This document shows positions 12,331 through 25,593 of a stretch of 64,000 bases of DNA, one piece after another. The DNA lies in contig JAUFOQ010000001.1 of NCBI GenBank assembly GCA_040285855.1, positions 1,736,001 through 1,800,000 on the forward strand. Direction: 5' to 3'. Origin of the DNA: Eukaryota sp. GEM-RC1 (lineage: Eukaryota). The position numbers and the translations under genes are program-made. Numbering within the stretch: the stretch's first letter is position 1; the number at the start of each line of letters is the position of its first letter. Below the pieces are notes generated by a model. The model was given only the letters and a program-made list of their open reading frames with translations. It did not search any database and was not told the origin of the DNA.

Positions 12331-13379
12331 TACCATGTCTTGATATTAGGATACGCCACACGGCGACACGGCGACACATGGGGGCAATTTATGACACCGG
12401 GTGTTTGCGAACCCCAACTAATACACTCAAAAATATGATATATCCCTTTTAAAAATCAAGTTTTAAACGAAAAAATACTAAATAAGGAGGGTATTTATGT
12501 CTGTTATTCTAGTTTTTTATTGAAACCAAGTTGCTCATGTCAACTTCCAGAAATAAGTTGTTTTCGCTGTTCCAAGTAGCTTCAGAATTCAAAAAAAATC
12601 AAAATCATTTCCATACATGATGTGTCTTACCCAACATCACAACACTATCAACTGAATGAAACGATTTCCAGGTCATAATCACTTCATTACAAGTCCTGCA
12701 AAGTCCTGACACTGGGCTACGGTAACCGTTTTTGTTTTTCAGAGTTTTTACACCGAAACAAACAAGCGATGTGTTAAATGAGTGAATGTTGTTTAAATTA
12801 TTATTTGCGACTATTGTTGTAATAGTTCCGAGATAGAGTCGAGCACAATGTGTATAATTCTGTCTGTTGTTACACTTAAGTAGGGGTAGGAGTAGTAAGA
12901 GAATCAATCACTATGGTACATGTCGGGTATTAGAAAACTTCAATACAGAAATTTCCAACAAATGGTATTTTGTGTAAAACCAATAATATATTACAGAATA
13001 GAACAGCTAAAAACTACTCTGGTAGATCTTCTCATAAAATAATTCCAAATTATTTGCTCTAAACAAAAGGCAGCAAAGCAAATGTGAAATGAACAAAAAT
13101 AAATGAAACTAACACACAACTAAAACAATAATATACTTACTTCAAGTCAATTTATGGGAAACCGCAATTCTACGGACCGTATCTGGTACCACAAAACCCA
13201 TCTAACCATTCCCGTTTTATGATTGCTCGATAAGTGTTGTCATTCCATCAAGGTCGATGGTTTATCAAGCAAAAGGCTATCAAGATTCTTCCTCACTGTT
13301 CTAGTCCAGAGCATACATGGAAATTCAAATGCTGTATTTTTGTATTTCGTTCAACGTTCAGATATAGTTCAGATATACA

Positions 13380-14050
13380 CGGGTTTAATTTTTCATTTAT
13401 TCTATATACACAAATATACATATACATTTGTATATACTGTGATATACACTAAGTTACAATTGTATATACAGTTGATACACATATACATCAACACATACGT
13501 GTTTATAAAATACGTTATTCAACAACAAGTCTAATCATCAGCCACAAAACGTTTAACGGTCTTTTTTTGTAGTTTTTCTTCTTTTACACCTGCATCTTTG
13601 GATACAGATGCCATGATCACGTCCTCCTCCATTTCCGAGCAGAAACCAGATAGTCCATCATCATCACTTACCGTAATCTCTTCACGTCTGTATTCAACAT
13701 TGATTTTTGGCACCTCTCCAAACGCTTTATTTAAGTCAAATAAATATTACATGAACTGAGGTTAATAAGTGAAATATCATTTGGGAATCGATTATCAAAT
13801 TCAAAAATGAAATTTTTTCCGCCCCTTAAAAAAGCAGGTTTACAAAGCATTGAAGATTTGGTAAAATCAATACCACCAAAATGAGCAGAAGTAAACAAGT
13901 GATTTCTAAGGAACTTTGAATTAACTTCTAACAATGAAGCAAAAAATTTAATCCTCAACTCGTTAAAAGATCTAGAAAAATTCAGAGCGATTGAAGGAGC
14001 TGTAGATCTAAAAAGATGTGTGATTTTTCCGGAGTATCAAATTTTTAAAA
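13380..14050 (-). mobile_element. CRE-like non-LTR fragments (post-RT region and 3' end)
   Basis: LFTSAHFGGIDFT motif; 13420-13560 clearly homologous to 50505-50645. Confidence 0.6.
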
Positions 14051-15534
14051 TATAAAACGTAATATGTTATTCAATGTCATATGAAGAAATTTTGTTGAGT
14101 TCTGGGGGTATTTAGCCTAGCCCATTTCAATTGGTCATTACTTATTTGCTCAATGACCTGAATCTTTGTCCTTGACAATGGACTAATACAGTCTGGTCAT
14201 CCATTAGACTCTAACAAGTTCATAAACCTTTGTATAACATGTAAATGAACTCATATACAAATATACACCGTTAACCAACATCTTGGGGATGTTAATATAC
14301 ACTGTATATACAGTATATGCAGTGTATACGTAGATCTGAACTACGTTTCGTTGTACTAAATTAAAACTGTGCTTTTTACAATTTTGGTGGTTACAATGGT
14401 ACTAGATGAAGATGTGTTGATCACGTTGTTGTTTTAGTTGTACGTGTTGGTCGTATTTTTCAAACAAGACAGAACGATTGAGCTTATCTTGACCATTAAG
14501 AGACAAGGAATGACAGAAATGTCTTTCACACGTAACATTGGATAGGTCTCGAGGACTTTTGTTGAATTTAATCCATGAAGAGCTTAATTGTGAGCTACAA
14601 GTTATATATAAAAGACAGTTTATCAAACAGTTCTTCAAATACCCTCTTCAATTTCCGCGTTGGATCTTACTGACTGGACAATATCATCATACGATTCGAT
14701 TTGTGATATAAATAACCTCTTCTTATTCATACAAACTGCTGTTGTTATTCAGGGGTACTAGAACGTTTTCTCATTTGCTACAGATCCACGTGTTAGTCAA
14801 TTGAGAATTTGTGTTAGTTACAAGCCAATTCCAAATTCCGTATGTTTAATTTATAAACATCTTTCTCCTTCCTAATAGGTGTCTGTTGCAAACTACGAAG
14901 TATTGAAATAAAGAAAAAGTAAAAAAATCAGGGAGAAAAATTAGGAATTCACTTCCTAAAATTGGTATAAATAATAATGATGAACCAATGGTTGCCAATT
15001 TCATGTGAACAAAATGATACTTGTTAAATGCTGGCTAGGATGTGAATATCAAATACATTAATTAAAATGAAATTCACAACGAGAAGTGTATGAATTGGCG
15101 ATCTCAATGATGATGGTGTTTCCTTAAGAGTCCACTGTACCGTGGCTAGATTTGCAGGACAGCCCCAAATTTGTTGCAGTAGAGTAAATGTTAATTGTCT
15201 CTATTTTAGACCTATTTCTTTTTGTGTGTACCCATTTCCGCACGTAAATCCTATGTCAACATTTCCACTCCAACTGTTGTATTAGTATAAGTACTTCAAT
15301 ACTACAACAATGCCACTCTGATAGACATTGAAGTGTTTTCAAAGAAACTGACGTTTCCTCGTTTAGACAAAGTCATTTCTTTAACATAACCGCTGCACCC
15401 TTATCGTCAAATTGACGATGAAGGAGTCATCTAGACAACGTCAAAAGTACTACTACATTTACTTCAACAAACTTTTAGAATTGTAATTACTAATCAAATA
15501 CAGTGTACTATAGAACACCCCGATACACTAAAGA

Positions 15535-15760
15535 CTACAGATTCAGAAAACAAACTCCCTCTATTTTAGTTTTGATATTAAAATTTAACGCATGTGCTAA
15601 AAATATAACACTGTCAGTTCCGATATAGTTCGAAGCTGTATTAACGTTTATAATGATAGCGTTGACTTTCAGCCATTTTATCAAAAGCGCCATAAAAATA
15701 GAATGATTAACACAAAAATTTACCAGTAGATTGATGGGCATGCTTTAGAGAATGCTGTCA
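15535..15760 (-). pseudogene. Relic of NLRC3-type LRR gene
   Basis: LKVNAIIINVN..NYIGTDSVIFLAHALNFN..KIEG resembles the repeats and C-terminus of 46672-47823. Confidence 0.5.
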
Positions 15761-16318
15761 GTGAATGTCAGAAATGGTTATCTGATACCTCTTTTCTGAA
15801 ACTCACTGATCACGACTCGCAGTCCTGAAACTTCTTGTCGTTTTGTATGTGACAGAAGTGCATAATATTTTTCTAGAACCAGTGATCTTCTTCAACAAGG
15901 CGAAGAAGACGGTTTGTGACTGCTTCTCGTTTCTCCCGTGGTCACTGTTTTGACATCGAGAGCAGTACGATACCTAAACGACAATTTAATTCCATATGAG
16001 CATCTTTGTAAGAGAGCAATAAGAGTTAAGATGAAAATAGAAATTAAGGGACATGCCTAAAATTGAGAGGGGACATGCGTAATAATCTTTTTGTATTTCG
16101 TTAATTTATAACATAAAACCTTTTTGTATATTAATTTAGAACTGATGTTGTGAATGTTAATCTAATTTTCTATTGAAACAAGACACTAATCATAAATCTA
16201 AAGACCTCATCTTCCATTAGTTGATGTCTTCTACTCGAATTAACTTCAGAATTCATAAATAAATTTTAATGACTGCTTTAAATGAGGAGACTAACTAACA
16301 AAGACAATGATATCAACT

Positions 16319-16989
16319 TTATTCAAGGATTTCAAGTTCATGATTATTATAAATTAATGAAGCAAATGGATAATAATTACCACTACTAAAATTGGGAAGG
16401 GTTCTAGTAAGATTAATTGAAGAATTACTCTCACAGATTTGATTGTTAAACTGAAATTAACTAGATTTGCATTAATTTCGACATATTCACAGGATAAATC
16501 ATCAACCTTTGCAACTTGAACATCATCATTCTCCATTTGTAACAAGATATTTCCAGGAGATATGTTTCCATGAACATAACCAGCATTATGGAAAGCAGCC
16601 AAACCTACTACAACATCCTGAATGATTGACGCTGCGACTTCCTCAGAAAACGACTCCTTCGCGTTGAGTCTCTGTTGCAGAGAACACGTTAAACGCTCCT
16701 GTACTATCCCAGGAGGGTCGAGGACAACCCCAAGAGTGGAGACAACATTAGAGTTGGAAGTTAGTGCCTTGTAAGTTTCGTAGACCCGCTTAACGTTACA
16801 TTGAACCACTTGAAGATTGTCCTCAGAGATGTATGGTTGCTTTAAGACAATGTCTTGTGACTTGTATTGGTCATAGTGTATAACTTTATGAGGTGTACGG
16901 GAGGCAAGTTTAAGTTTGCGTAGATGAGAAGGGTTGATAATGACTGGTGAAACGGTATCCTTCAGTTCACGAATCTGATAGCGTGACAT
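16319..16989 (-). pseudogene. Degenerate kinase fragment fused to the distal part of a SPRY module
   Basis: VHGNISPGNILL (catalytic Asp absent) joined to EINANLVNFSLTIKSV..GNYYPFASLIYNNHELEILE* across a frameshift. Confidence 0.7.
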
Positions 16990-17669
16990 GAAGTCGAAGA
17001 TTTACAGTAGATGTTCAGCCCATAGACAAGTTTCCCTTACTACTTAAGGCTATCTTCCTCCTCTTCTCAGTTTAACAGTTCAGTTACTCCCCTGGTCAAC
17101 ACTACCACAATATATTTTACTTCACATTTACAATTTGTAATTGGTATCAGCAATATTCTAATGAAAATATTTTTTCAATAAAACCGTGAAAGCCTTTCAT
17201 GGTGTATATGCTAATTTACGTTTAGTTTCAGTGATATCTCATTAAGCCAAAGTGATTCCTTGATAACCTTGTTACCCTTCATTCCTGGGTTACTACCAAA
17301 TTTAATGGTCCTCTTCATTGCAGAACTGAAGACTAGCTCAGGAAGTGTTAACCCATGTTCTTTTCATATACATTGGACGTAACAGATACATTAAATTTCG
17401 CTACATTAACCAGGTTCAGTCCTGTACTTACAATGAGAGTCCACTTAAAATCTATTCACCACAATTCAAACATAACTCACCTACTAGTTTTCATTCATTT
17501 CTTTAGTGGTAGAACTCAGCGTACAAATCTACACAAAATTAAGAGATCACTGAAACAGATTATACTGAAAAACAAGCTGCAGCTTCCAATAGTTGTCATT
17601 AATTCATAAATTAATTTGAATCACTGCTTTAAATGAGAAGACTTGCCCACAATGACAATGTGATCAACT

Positions 17670-18117
17670 TTATTCAACGATTTCCAGTTCATGATCACTC
17701 CAATATAATGAAGCAAATGGATAATAATTACCACTAGTTAATCTGGGAAGAGTTCCAGTAAGATTAATTGAAGAATTACTCACAGATTTGATTGTTAAAA
17801 TGTTGTTGATTAGATTTACAATGATTTGGAGTAATTCACCAGGATTCCACTGAGTTTTGTTTCCTGAGAGACAACCATAAATGGAAGAACCATTGGCAAA
17901 ACAGAGAGGATTCCCAACACCACCACCAAGATTAAACTTTGACTCGTCAATGACTCCAACATAAAGACCAGAGGGATTTGAAGTACTTGGAGTGTGCAGC
18001 GAGGATAGATTTGTTTACTTCGATGGATTCCTCACCAAATGAAATGGTTTGGTTACACAAGGAAGGTTCATCAAGAATGATGGAAAGAGTTTTCTTTGAG
18101 GGGAGAGAAAAGGACAT
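17670..18117 (-). pseudogene. Internally deleted BTB-SPRY paralog
   Basis: MSFSLPSKKTLSIILDEPSLCNQ..AHSKYFKSLW joined near 17967, out of frame, to LYVGVIDESKF..YPFASLYWSDHELEIVE*. Confidence 0.85.
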
Positions 18118-18194
18118 GAGAAGTAGGAAGGAGAGAAGAAAAGACGTAAGATAGGAACTTGGTTGATTTGGATCGAATTTCGTTCCGCTGGTCA

Positions 18195-18798
18195 CAGGGA
18201 TTGGAACAATAAAATTGATAGTTATTGTCCACCAACAATATTTATTGACAATAAGAGATCTGGAACAATATGGTATTGTTGTTGTGAACAGTAAATGTAT
18301 ATTTATGGACAATGTGTTGCAATATTGGAAAATACAGTTTGTTTGTAACAACAGTTTTTCCTGCGAGTTGAAAATCCTGAGATTTGTTTTATCGTTCTGC
18401 AATTGTTTTTCTATGATAAAATGATCTAAAGCATGTCTATGACAACCTAAAGTGAGTTTTGAGCGACTGAAGAGTCTCTGCACTTATTTCAATCAATCAT
18501 TGGGTGTATGATTGATTGAAAGGACAATGTCTTCTGAATTACTGATGCTTGAAGCAGTAAGTTGACAGTTGAAGGCGAATGTAGACATGGTCTTGTTTAG
18601 TTTCCTTCTTATTAAGGAGGCAAAGTCTATTCTATTGCACAATGTACTCTCCCACAAAAATGCTTTAAAACACTGATGTACCAAATTTTGACTAACAATA
18701 ACCCATCAGTATATTGTTAATGTGGGTGTACCAACAATACCGTATTGTTATTGTACTTATTGGAATATATTATATCAATATATTGTTTCCAATCCCTG
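18195..18798. mobile_element. hAT-type MITE
   Basis: TIR CAGGGATTGGAA(A)CAATA at both ends; AACAATA subterminal repeats; only a degenerate TSD. Confidence 0.75.
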
Positions 18799-18879
18799 CA
18801 CTGGTTTTTTTCCTAGTGCATGAACAAAATCTTCGATTTTACACGAAAAGTTTCGGCTTACGAATCTGCTAACATAATA

Positions 18880-19440
18880 GTTAATTAAAAAGGTTTATAG
18901 ATGAAAGGACACAGAAACAAATACCAAACTGGAGTCTGTGAAACACTTGACTCGGAGAATTCCATGTCAACAGTACAGTTCTTATACAACTTCGTCGTAA
19001 TTGATTTGACAAATTTGGACATAGATCCGAACAGAGAAAAAATGAATAAATTGATACGTTGAATCTCGTATTCTGAGACTTCCACACATATCTAGAATCA
19101 GTTAAAACCAGAAAATCTATTAAGTGTTTAATATATTACTGACAAAGCTGAATTCTTGTTGACAAAATGCATTGGTCGGTCAACTTTATGCAATAACATT
19201 GTTCGGAGTCTTATAGCTATTTTGAACTGAAGCTTCTTTTGCCATGTTCGAAATTGTGTTAAATATATGTGAAAACGGTTAGCGAACGTCAAATCATTCA
19301 TATACCAATTACAATTATCATTCACATGCAATTGGATGTATAAAATTAATTTATTCAATATGGTATTGTGATTCGATGAAAACATTGATATTGTGCAATT
19401 TACATCGCACCCTTTAAATATATATGGAACTCAGTTGATG
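18880..19440 (-). mobile_element. CRE-like non-LTR 3' fragment
   Basis: Translations similar to 41457-42330 (KSQNTRFNVS; SLFGSMSKFVKSITTKLYKNC). Confidence 0.65.
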
Positions 19441-19887
19441 GTATTTTTGGTAGTAAACAAACAACTAAATGTATTTGAAACAACTTTACTCATCATCACT
19501 AAAGTCTATGACCTCCTCGACATCTCATGCTCTTTTCTATTCTTTGCCTACAAATGGAAATGTGCAAGTGCCCATTGCTCATGGTGTTCGTGTGGTCATT
19601 GTTTTCCATACTGACTGACTTAAACACGAGTTGATAAATTCCTGGCCTTTGTTTAGCTTTTCTGTCCACTCGTTGGGATTTCTTTGCGGAAAGATGTATC
19701 AAATCCAAGTCGATATCCTTGTTCTTTCACGTTACTCCTTATGATTTTGATTTTCAGTTGCACCTATTTGTTGTTGCGACAAATGATTGAAAAGAACAAC
19801 CTAACAGGTGATCAACAGATGCATTTGAGGTCACATGTATGTGCCCTCCCTGTGTTGAACTCTAAGTGTTTGAACTTTCTGTAAATA

Positions 19888-20578
19888 CAGTGAACCCCCT
19901 ATAATTGTACAGTATTTTTCAGTACATATTTAAATGACAGAAGAACCAAATTAATTGTACACTCTGCACGTGCACACCAAAAGAGGATAAAACAATTTCT
20001 AATTGCACACATTGACCTCTTTTGTCTCTACAAGTTAGTCACTACCGCAAAACAATGCGTTTTATTACGAGAACACTGTAATGGGTCACCCAAAAACTCT
20101 ACACTAGTATTAAAAACGGATTTCACTTTTGGATTTGCAGCGCAGATGTGTTATGATGAGGAAGTGATCCAGTTAATGTATATAGCTCAATGCAGATATA
20201 GTTACCTCTATGTCTCAACCACGTAACAGATGAATGAATACTACAGTAGTGTATAAATTTATATATAATAGACTTCTCTTGTCACCATCAAAGAAAATTG
20301 GTTCGTCAGTCTTTAGATGTGCTTGAAGTGTTGTGTTTGTAAAAGAAGTGTTAATTTACTGGACAAAGTAGAGATACCATTGTAACTATTTGATTCAAGT
20401 ACAGACAACAATGTAAAGTAGTACAGTTCTTTGAACAGCATTTATAAACGAACTGCACGGAATCTAATTCTTGGGTTTTTCTCGATCAGAGAAACAAACG
20501 ATCTGATTTTAAGACATATTTATAATTTCACCCTCCCTAATTGCACACAGATTGCGTACAATTATGGAGGGTTCACTG
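19888..20578. mobile_element. Tc1/pogo-type MITE
   Basis: TA|CAGTGAACCCCCTATAATTGTAC ... GTACAATTATGGAGGGTTCACTG near-perfect TIRs. Confidence 0.8.
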
Positions 20579-20843
20579 CATTGTAATGTTGGACAATAAA
20601 TTTTGTGCTGCTGAAACGATAGTATGTGAATTACACGTATTAATTTAAACACTGCAATTTAAAAATTCTTTAGCCTTCCCTATTGCCATTGGCTACAAGT
20701 TGTCAACGGCTACAAAGCAAATCATCCGGTCTAGGTCCATCTTTTCCGTTGAAACTCCCCTTTAACTCACACACACGTGATAGAAAAGCAAAGAGAAAAA
20801 ATAGTACATTTAAATTTATTAACAATATACAACAAACGTAGAA

Positions 20844-22373
20844 TTAAAGACTTTCAAGAATCTTCACCAAGAAATCCATAGTCTTATTAACTGAATTAAT
20901 CGAACACTCCTCCTTAGAAGTATGTGGATAAGCAATATAAGGCCCAATAGAGATAGCACTCATAGCCTTATCAGGACGTTTAGCCATAAGAATAGAAGCT
21001 TCAAGTCCAGCATGAACAGAGTACACCTTTGCATACTCATTGAACAGAATTTGATGACACTCTTGAGCAATCTGTAAGACACGGGAGTCCAGGTCTGGGT
21101 TCCATCCTACAAATCTACAGGCAGGTCCCAACAACTCAGCACCAGTAAGCTTAGCCAAAGACTTCATCTCCAAATGGAACAAATCCATTTCACTTTCAGC
21201 AGATGATCTTGAGAACAACTCAACAACAAACTTATCTTCCTTAATGTTAGCCAATGCACAATTGACTGAGGTCTGGACTGCTCCTACAATACCAGGATTC
21301 ATACGGATAACTCCATGGGGACAGACCATCAAAGTGTCAATGATCAACTCTGACAATTCCTTGCTCATTACCTTTTCAGGAATCTCAGCAGCCTCACATA
21401 AGAGAAGAGGAGGCTTGGTCTCAATGATCTTGTATTCTTCATAGAATTCTGCAAAAGATTCAGCAAGAGCAGTCTTCCAATCCTCAACATTCTCCACCAT
21501 CACAACAACTTCGGCTGAGCTTGGGATAACATTACGAGCTCTACCAGCAGTGAAAGAGGCAATGTTGAACTCACCTTCTACTTTGTTCATGGCGTGAGAG
21601 ATGATACGAGCCATGACCTTAATAGCGTTTCCTCGATTTTCACCAATTTGGATACCACTGTGACCACTTCGAAGGTCCTTGACAATGATCTTCATTGGGC
21701 TAATTTCAGGAACGTCTTCACTGAAGGTAATGGGAAGGTGGAGCTCGTGTTCTTGACCTCCGGATGATCCAACACAGATAGCGTGATCTTCTTCACTGTC
21801 TAAAGTCAATAAGGTGATTCGGGCATACCGAGATTAATGATAACAGTGGCTTCAAAAGGAACCTCGCACTCATCAGCTCCAACCATGGTAGTTTCCTCAT
21901 CGATCTGTGATAAGGTAATGAGAGAAAGAGCAAACGGTAAAGAGAGCTTCAATGGGACCATGTACGAGAGTATCTGCCTCCAGAACAGCCAGGGCCATAG
22001 CGACACCCATGCCGTTGTCAGCACCAAGAGAAGTGTTTTGAGCTAAGAGAAGATCGCCTTCGATGTTGAGACTGATGGGATCGGACTCGAAATTGATGGC
22101 TACATTCTCATCACAAACACAGACCATATCAAGATGACCTTGGAGAAGAACAACAGGAGAGTCCTCTTTTCCTTGAGTGGCAGGCTTTTGAATAAGAACA
22201 TTACCAACACGATCTCTGTGAGTTTTGAGCCCCCAGGTTTTAGCCATTTCTTCGATGCGGTCTCCAAGATGTGTACAGTTACCGGAACCGTGAGGAATGG
22301 AGCAGATCCAAAGGAAGTGTTCGAATGCACGTTTCTGAATGGGAGTGTAGGCGAAGTCTGTTAAGTTGGACAT
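20844..22373 (-). CDS. pepD: Aminoacyl-histidine dipeptidase (PepD-like, M20), 3 exons
   Basis: QGHLDMV, LGADNG, DEE, NLDSEE, HAGLE, SIGP..HT motifs; introns 21905-21935 and 21800-21828 restore the frame. Confidence 0.93.
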
Positions 22374-22833
22374 GAACTAGAAGCAAAAATTGTTGTACCT
22401 AATTTCGAACAATAACAGAACTGCAGTTTTACATTACTAGTAATAAAGAATCTCACCAACTACAAATGTATATGAATCAAAAAGGTCATGTATACTGCTA
22501 GCGTGGAAAACTATAAATCATTCGGATACATTCTAGGCAAATAGTATTATGGAACTAATATCACCTCCATTCCCTTTGTCTTACATATGCAAAAGAAAAC
22601 CTTTGTCGTTGATCTAAAAAACTATAACGTTGACGTAATAAAATTATGCCAACTTCATTGTCACAGTTATGCCTATAATAGAACTAACTGTGCAACAGAG
22701 TATAAGAATGATCCACACAAGTAATGTGCGAATTGACCCAAACAATCAAATATTGCGTTTCAACAAGAAACGAAAAGCAGTAGCTTAATATCACAATTAA
22801 TCTGCAGATACAGATGGACATGTCAAATAGGAG

Positions 22834-23100
22834 CTAATCGTGAACTGCAGAAAATACGGAATTACAGAAGAGTTCTCGATAAGCAGGACTGGCAGTCAAG
22901 AGAAAACTGTGGATATCTTCAGTGACTACTTCACAGTGGTCACAGCGAACCCCAGAATGGTCGAGACAAAGAGTATGTATATCATTTTCAAAAGTACATA
23001 TAGTTAACACCAATGAGCAATCATCATGGGAAACAACGTTTAGAGACTTAACAAACTTAGCGTACTGTTGGAGATCCTGAAGTTCCTGCTGGATGAACAT
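22834..23100 (-). CDS. GSKIP-domain (DUF727) protein
   Basis: C-terminal EDIHSFLLTASPAYRELFCNSV resembles the GSKIP LL..LSPAYR..FG..L motif; ATG at 23100. Confidence 0.7.
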   Translation of the reverse strand: MFIQQELQDLQQYAKFVKSLNVVSHDDCSLVLTICTFENDIHTLCLDHSGVRCDHCEVVTEDIHSFLLTASPAYRELFCNSVFSAVHD

Positions 23101-23125
23101 CGGAGAAGAAAATCTTTCCTTCCAT

Positions 23126-23707
23126 ATGCGACGAAGCTTTGACAACAATTATCCTCCTTCTGAAGTTCTTGGTATATACCTTACATCCACTCTCTTATTA
23201 CAGAGTTTGCTACCGTCTCACACGAAGTTGAACAGCATCTCTTCTGCAATCTTCTTTCAACAGATCAAATTCCTCATTTCAATGCCGATATCTTCCTTGA
23301 GAACAAGTCATCCATAGGTAAAGTTGCCGAGGTGCTAGGTTCGACGACAGACGCTTACTTTACTGTGAAAATGGCAGAGGGTATACCTGCAGCTTCCTTT
23401 AAAAAGGGTACGAAGGTCTACATTGATGCTGCCAAACTTCTCCCCCCTTACACGTTTCACAAATCCTCAAGCTCCTGGTGGTAGAGGCGGACGCGGTGGT
23501 AGAGGAGGTCGTGGCGGACGAGGAGGCCGTGGTGGTAGAGGCATGTCTCGTGGTCGTGGTGGAGATCGTGGACGTGGCTTTGGTGGACGAGGAGGCGGTA
23601 GAGGAGGTCGCGGTGGACGAGGTGGAGATCGTGGACGTGGTTTTGGTGGACGAGGTGGTGGTAGAGGTCGCGGCGGTGGAGATCGTGGTGGTTTCCGTCG
23701 ATTCTAG
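23126..23707 (+). CDS. GAR1: H/ACA snoRNP subunit GAR1
   Basis: PP.EV..IPHFNADIFLENKSSIGKVAEVLG..KLLPLTRF core plus RGG tail; intron 23172-23203; one extra C in the run near 23445. Confidence 0.93.
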
Positions 23708-24179
23708 TGTTTTAACTAATTTAAATGTATTCTTTTATTTAGTATTTCTTTCTTCTCTTGTTTTACGCATTGATTCATCGTTGTTTCTATTTTTAAAAAA
23801 TTCTTTTTCTGTAAATGAAAACAATGAGCAAATATGATTGAATTTGACCAATTCATAGACAAAATATATCCCAGAGAAATGGATTTAATGTGCAGCATGA
23901 AGCATATCTTGAGCTGAATCAGTCACCTTCATTTAAATCATACCATATCAATCAGAATTTCTCATCAACTTGAGTAATTTTAAACCTTGAATTAATCTAT
24001 TTATTTCACAATCAGCTCAATGGTGGATGAGAAAACATCATCTGTTGTTCAGTGTAATATTGTAATTATCCTGTCTGAACATTGAAACCAGCTGATATCT
24101 ACCAGATATCTTACAATCTAACAAAAAGATTGTAGTAATGATGTTCATTCGCAGGGTTTCTTTCACAGAGTCTTTCTGA

Positions 24180-24971
24180 ATGAGTTTCCCCCGGCTACAC
24201 TGTACTTTCAGCGATGAACAAATCACTGTTCCACTTCCTGACAAGGTCAACATCATCATAGTGTCTGAAAAAAAAGCAGCATATAACATTGGGAAACAGT
24301 GGCGATCACTTATTACTGAGAGAATCTCTTCACAAATCTTTTGCTTACATGTTCGGTTGTCATCCAAAGTGTTTTTTGTGGCTAAAAGGTATAAGACTTT
24401 TATGGAATCTCTAGATGAAGAAGAACGGCTGTCAACAGTCGTCTTCTATGGAGATAATGCCAAGAAAGTGACGACATTTGTTAGGAATCCAGATGTGAAT
24501 TATCCTGTTATTTATGTGGTTGGAAAAACCGGATCCATTATAGAACAGCTGACGGGTTCAAAAGCAACACCAGCAGATTCTCAAATGCGAGTGTGGGATG
24601 AGAACATGGAAGATGAAAAGCATGTTGTGGGATTGTTGGCTGAAATAAGACCCCAAATAACAGGGATAGAATGTCCGAAAGAGAAAAGTCCAAATAGCGC
24701 ATGTAGAAATGAAGCAAGAGCAATTACGATAGAATACAGCGAACCCGGAGATCACACAAAGGTGGATATTGCTGGATCATTCTCCAAGTGGAAATGGACA
24801 CCGATGGATATTGTTGCAGATTCTGCTGGTGGTGTGGTGTACATCAAGAAATTTCAACTCCACGATTTAGATGCAGAGACTCTTTTTCATTTCCGAGTTG
24901 ATGGTTCTGAGGCTATCAGTCTAAACTACAGAACAAAAATGAATCCAAGGGGAATGGTTAATGTTTTATAG
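24180..24971 (+). CDS. Protein with C-terminal AMPK-beta-type glycogen-binding (CBM48) domain; true 5' end probably upstream
   Basis: KVDIAGSFSKW..FHFRVDG..MVNVL. Confidence 0.7.
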   Translation: MSFPRLHCTFSDEQITVPLPDKVNIIIVSEKKAAYNIGKQWRSLITERISSQIFCLHVRLSSKVFFVAKRYKTFMESLDEEERLSTVVFYGDNAKKVTTFVRNPDVNYPVIYVVGKTGSIIEQLTGSKATPADSQMRVWDENMEDEKHVVGLLAEIRPQITGIECPKEKSPNSACRNEARAITIEYSEPGDHTKVDIAGSFSKWKWTPMDIVADSAGGVVYIKKFQLHDLDAETLFHFRVDGSEAISLNYRTKMNPRGMVNVL

Positions 24972-25215
24972 TCCGTGTAACCAACACAATAAAGAAAGTA
25001 ACTTATTATACCACCGTAAAATTACCGTAAATTGAATCAATTTGGATCAATTGAATAAAACTGGGCCGAAAGTGATATTATATGCCTACACGTAGTATTA
25101 ATTAGTCTTCAGTTCTTAAACCAAACGGCATCAGTTGATTTTACTGGTTTTGAAATCCAGACATCTATATTCAAGATATCATTTACATACTGTACTTACA
25201 CTTGGTTTTCTACTA

Positions 25216-25571
25216 ATGTCATTTGCCAGAGATAAACTAAAAAGTAAGTTTCACAGCGAAAAGAGAAGCAACTTCGAGAAACAGGAAGTGTTGAGCATTG
25301 TATTGATGTACCAGCAGAAGCAGTTAAAGCAGAAGTAGAAACATCTGATTATGGAACTGAAGAAGACAGCTTCCTTCTTGAGCCTGTTCTGAGAACAAGA
25401 ATTCAACATGAAAAATTTGAACGACTAACTAGAATAGATGAACCCATTTCTCAGGAAGAAGCAGATTTGAAAAGTGAAGTAGTTGAATCTCGTAGCATGA
25501 GAAGACCTCAAGGATATACTAGAGCAGTTCTAAAGGAAGCAAAAGACCAAGGACATAGAATTGAAGAGTAA
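25216..25571 (+). CDS. Hypothetical charged protein (one probable homopolymer frameshift)
   Basis: MSFARDKLKSKFHSEK then an open frame EKQLRETG..AKDQGHRIEE*, inside the gene-dense block. Confidence 0.4.
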
Positions 25572-25593
25572 TAAAATTGTTTATTTTCGACAA

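Noticed and set aside
12345..13215. GGCGACAC repeats and a possible BED-finger relic
   Set aside because: No matching second TIR or TSD found; too degraded to call
23478..23700. GC-rich tandem repeat and Val/Glu-rich ORF 23478-23837
   Set aside because: It is the RGG-coding tail of GAR1 read in another frame
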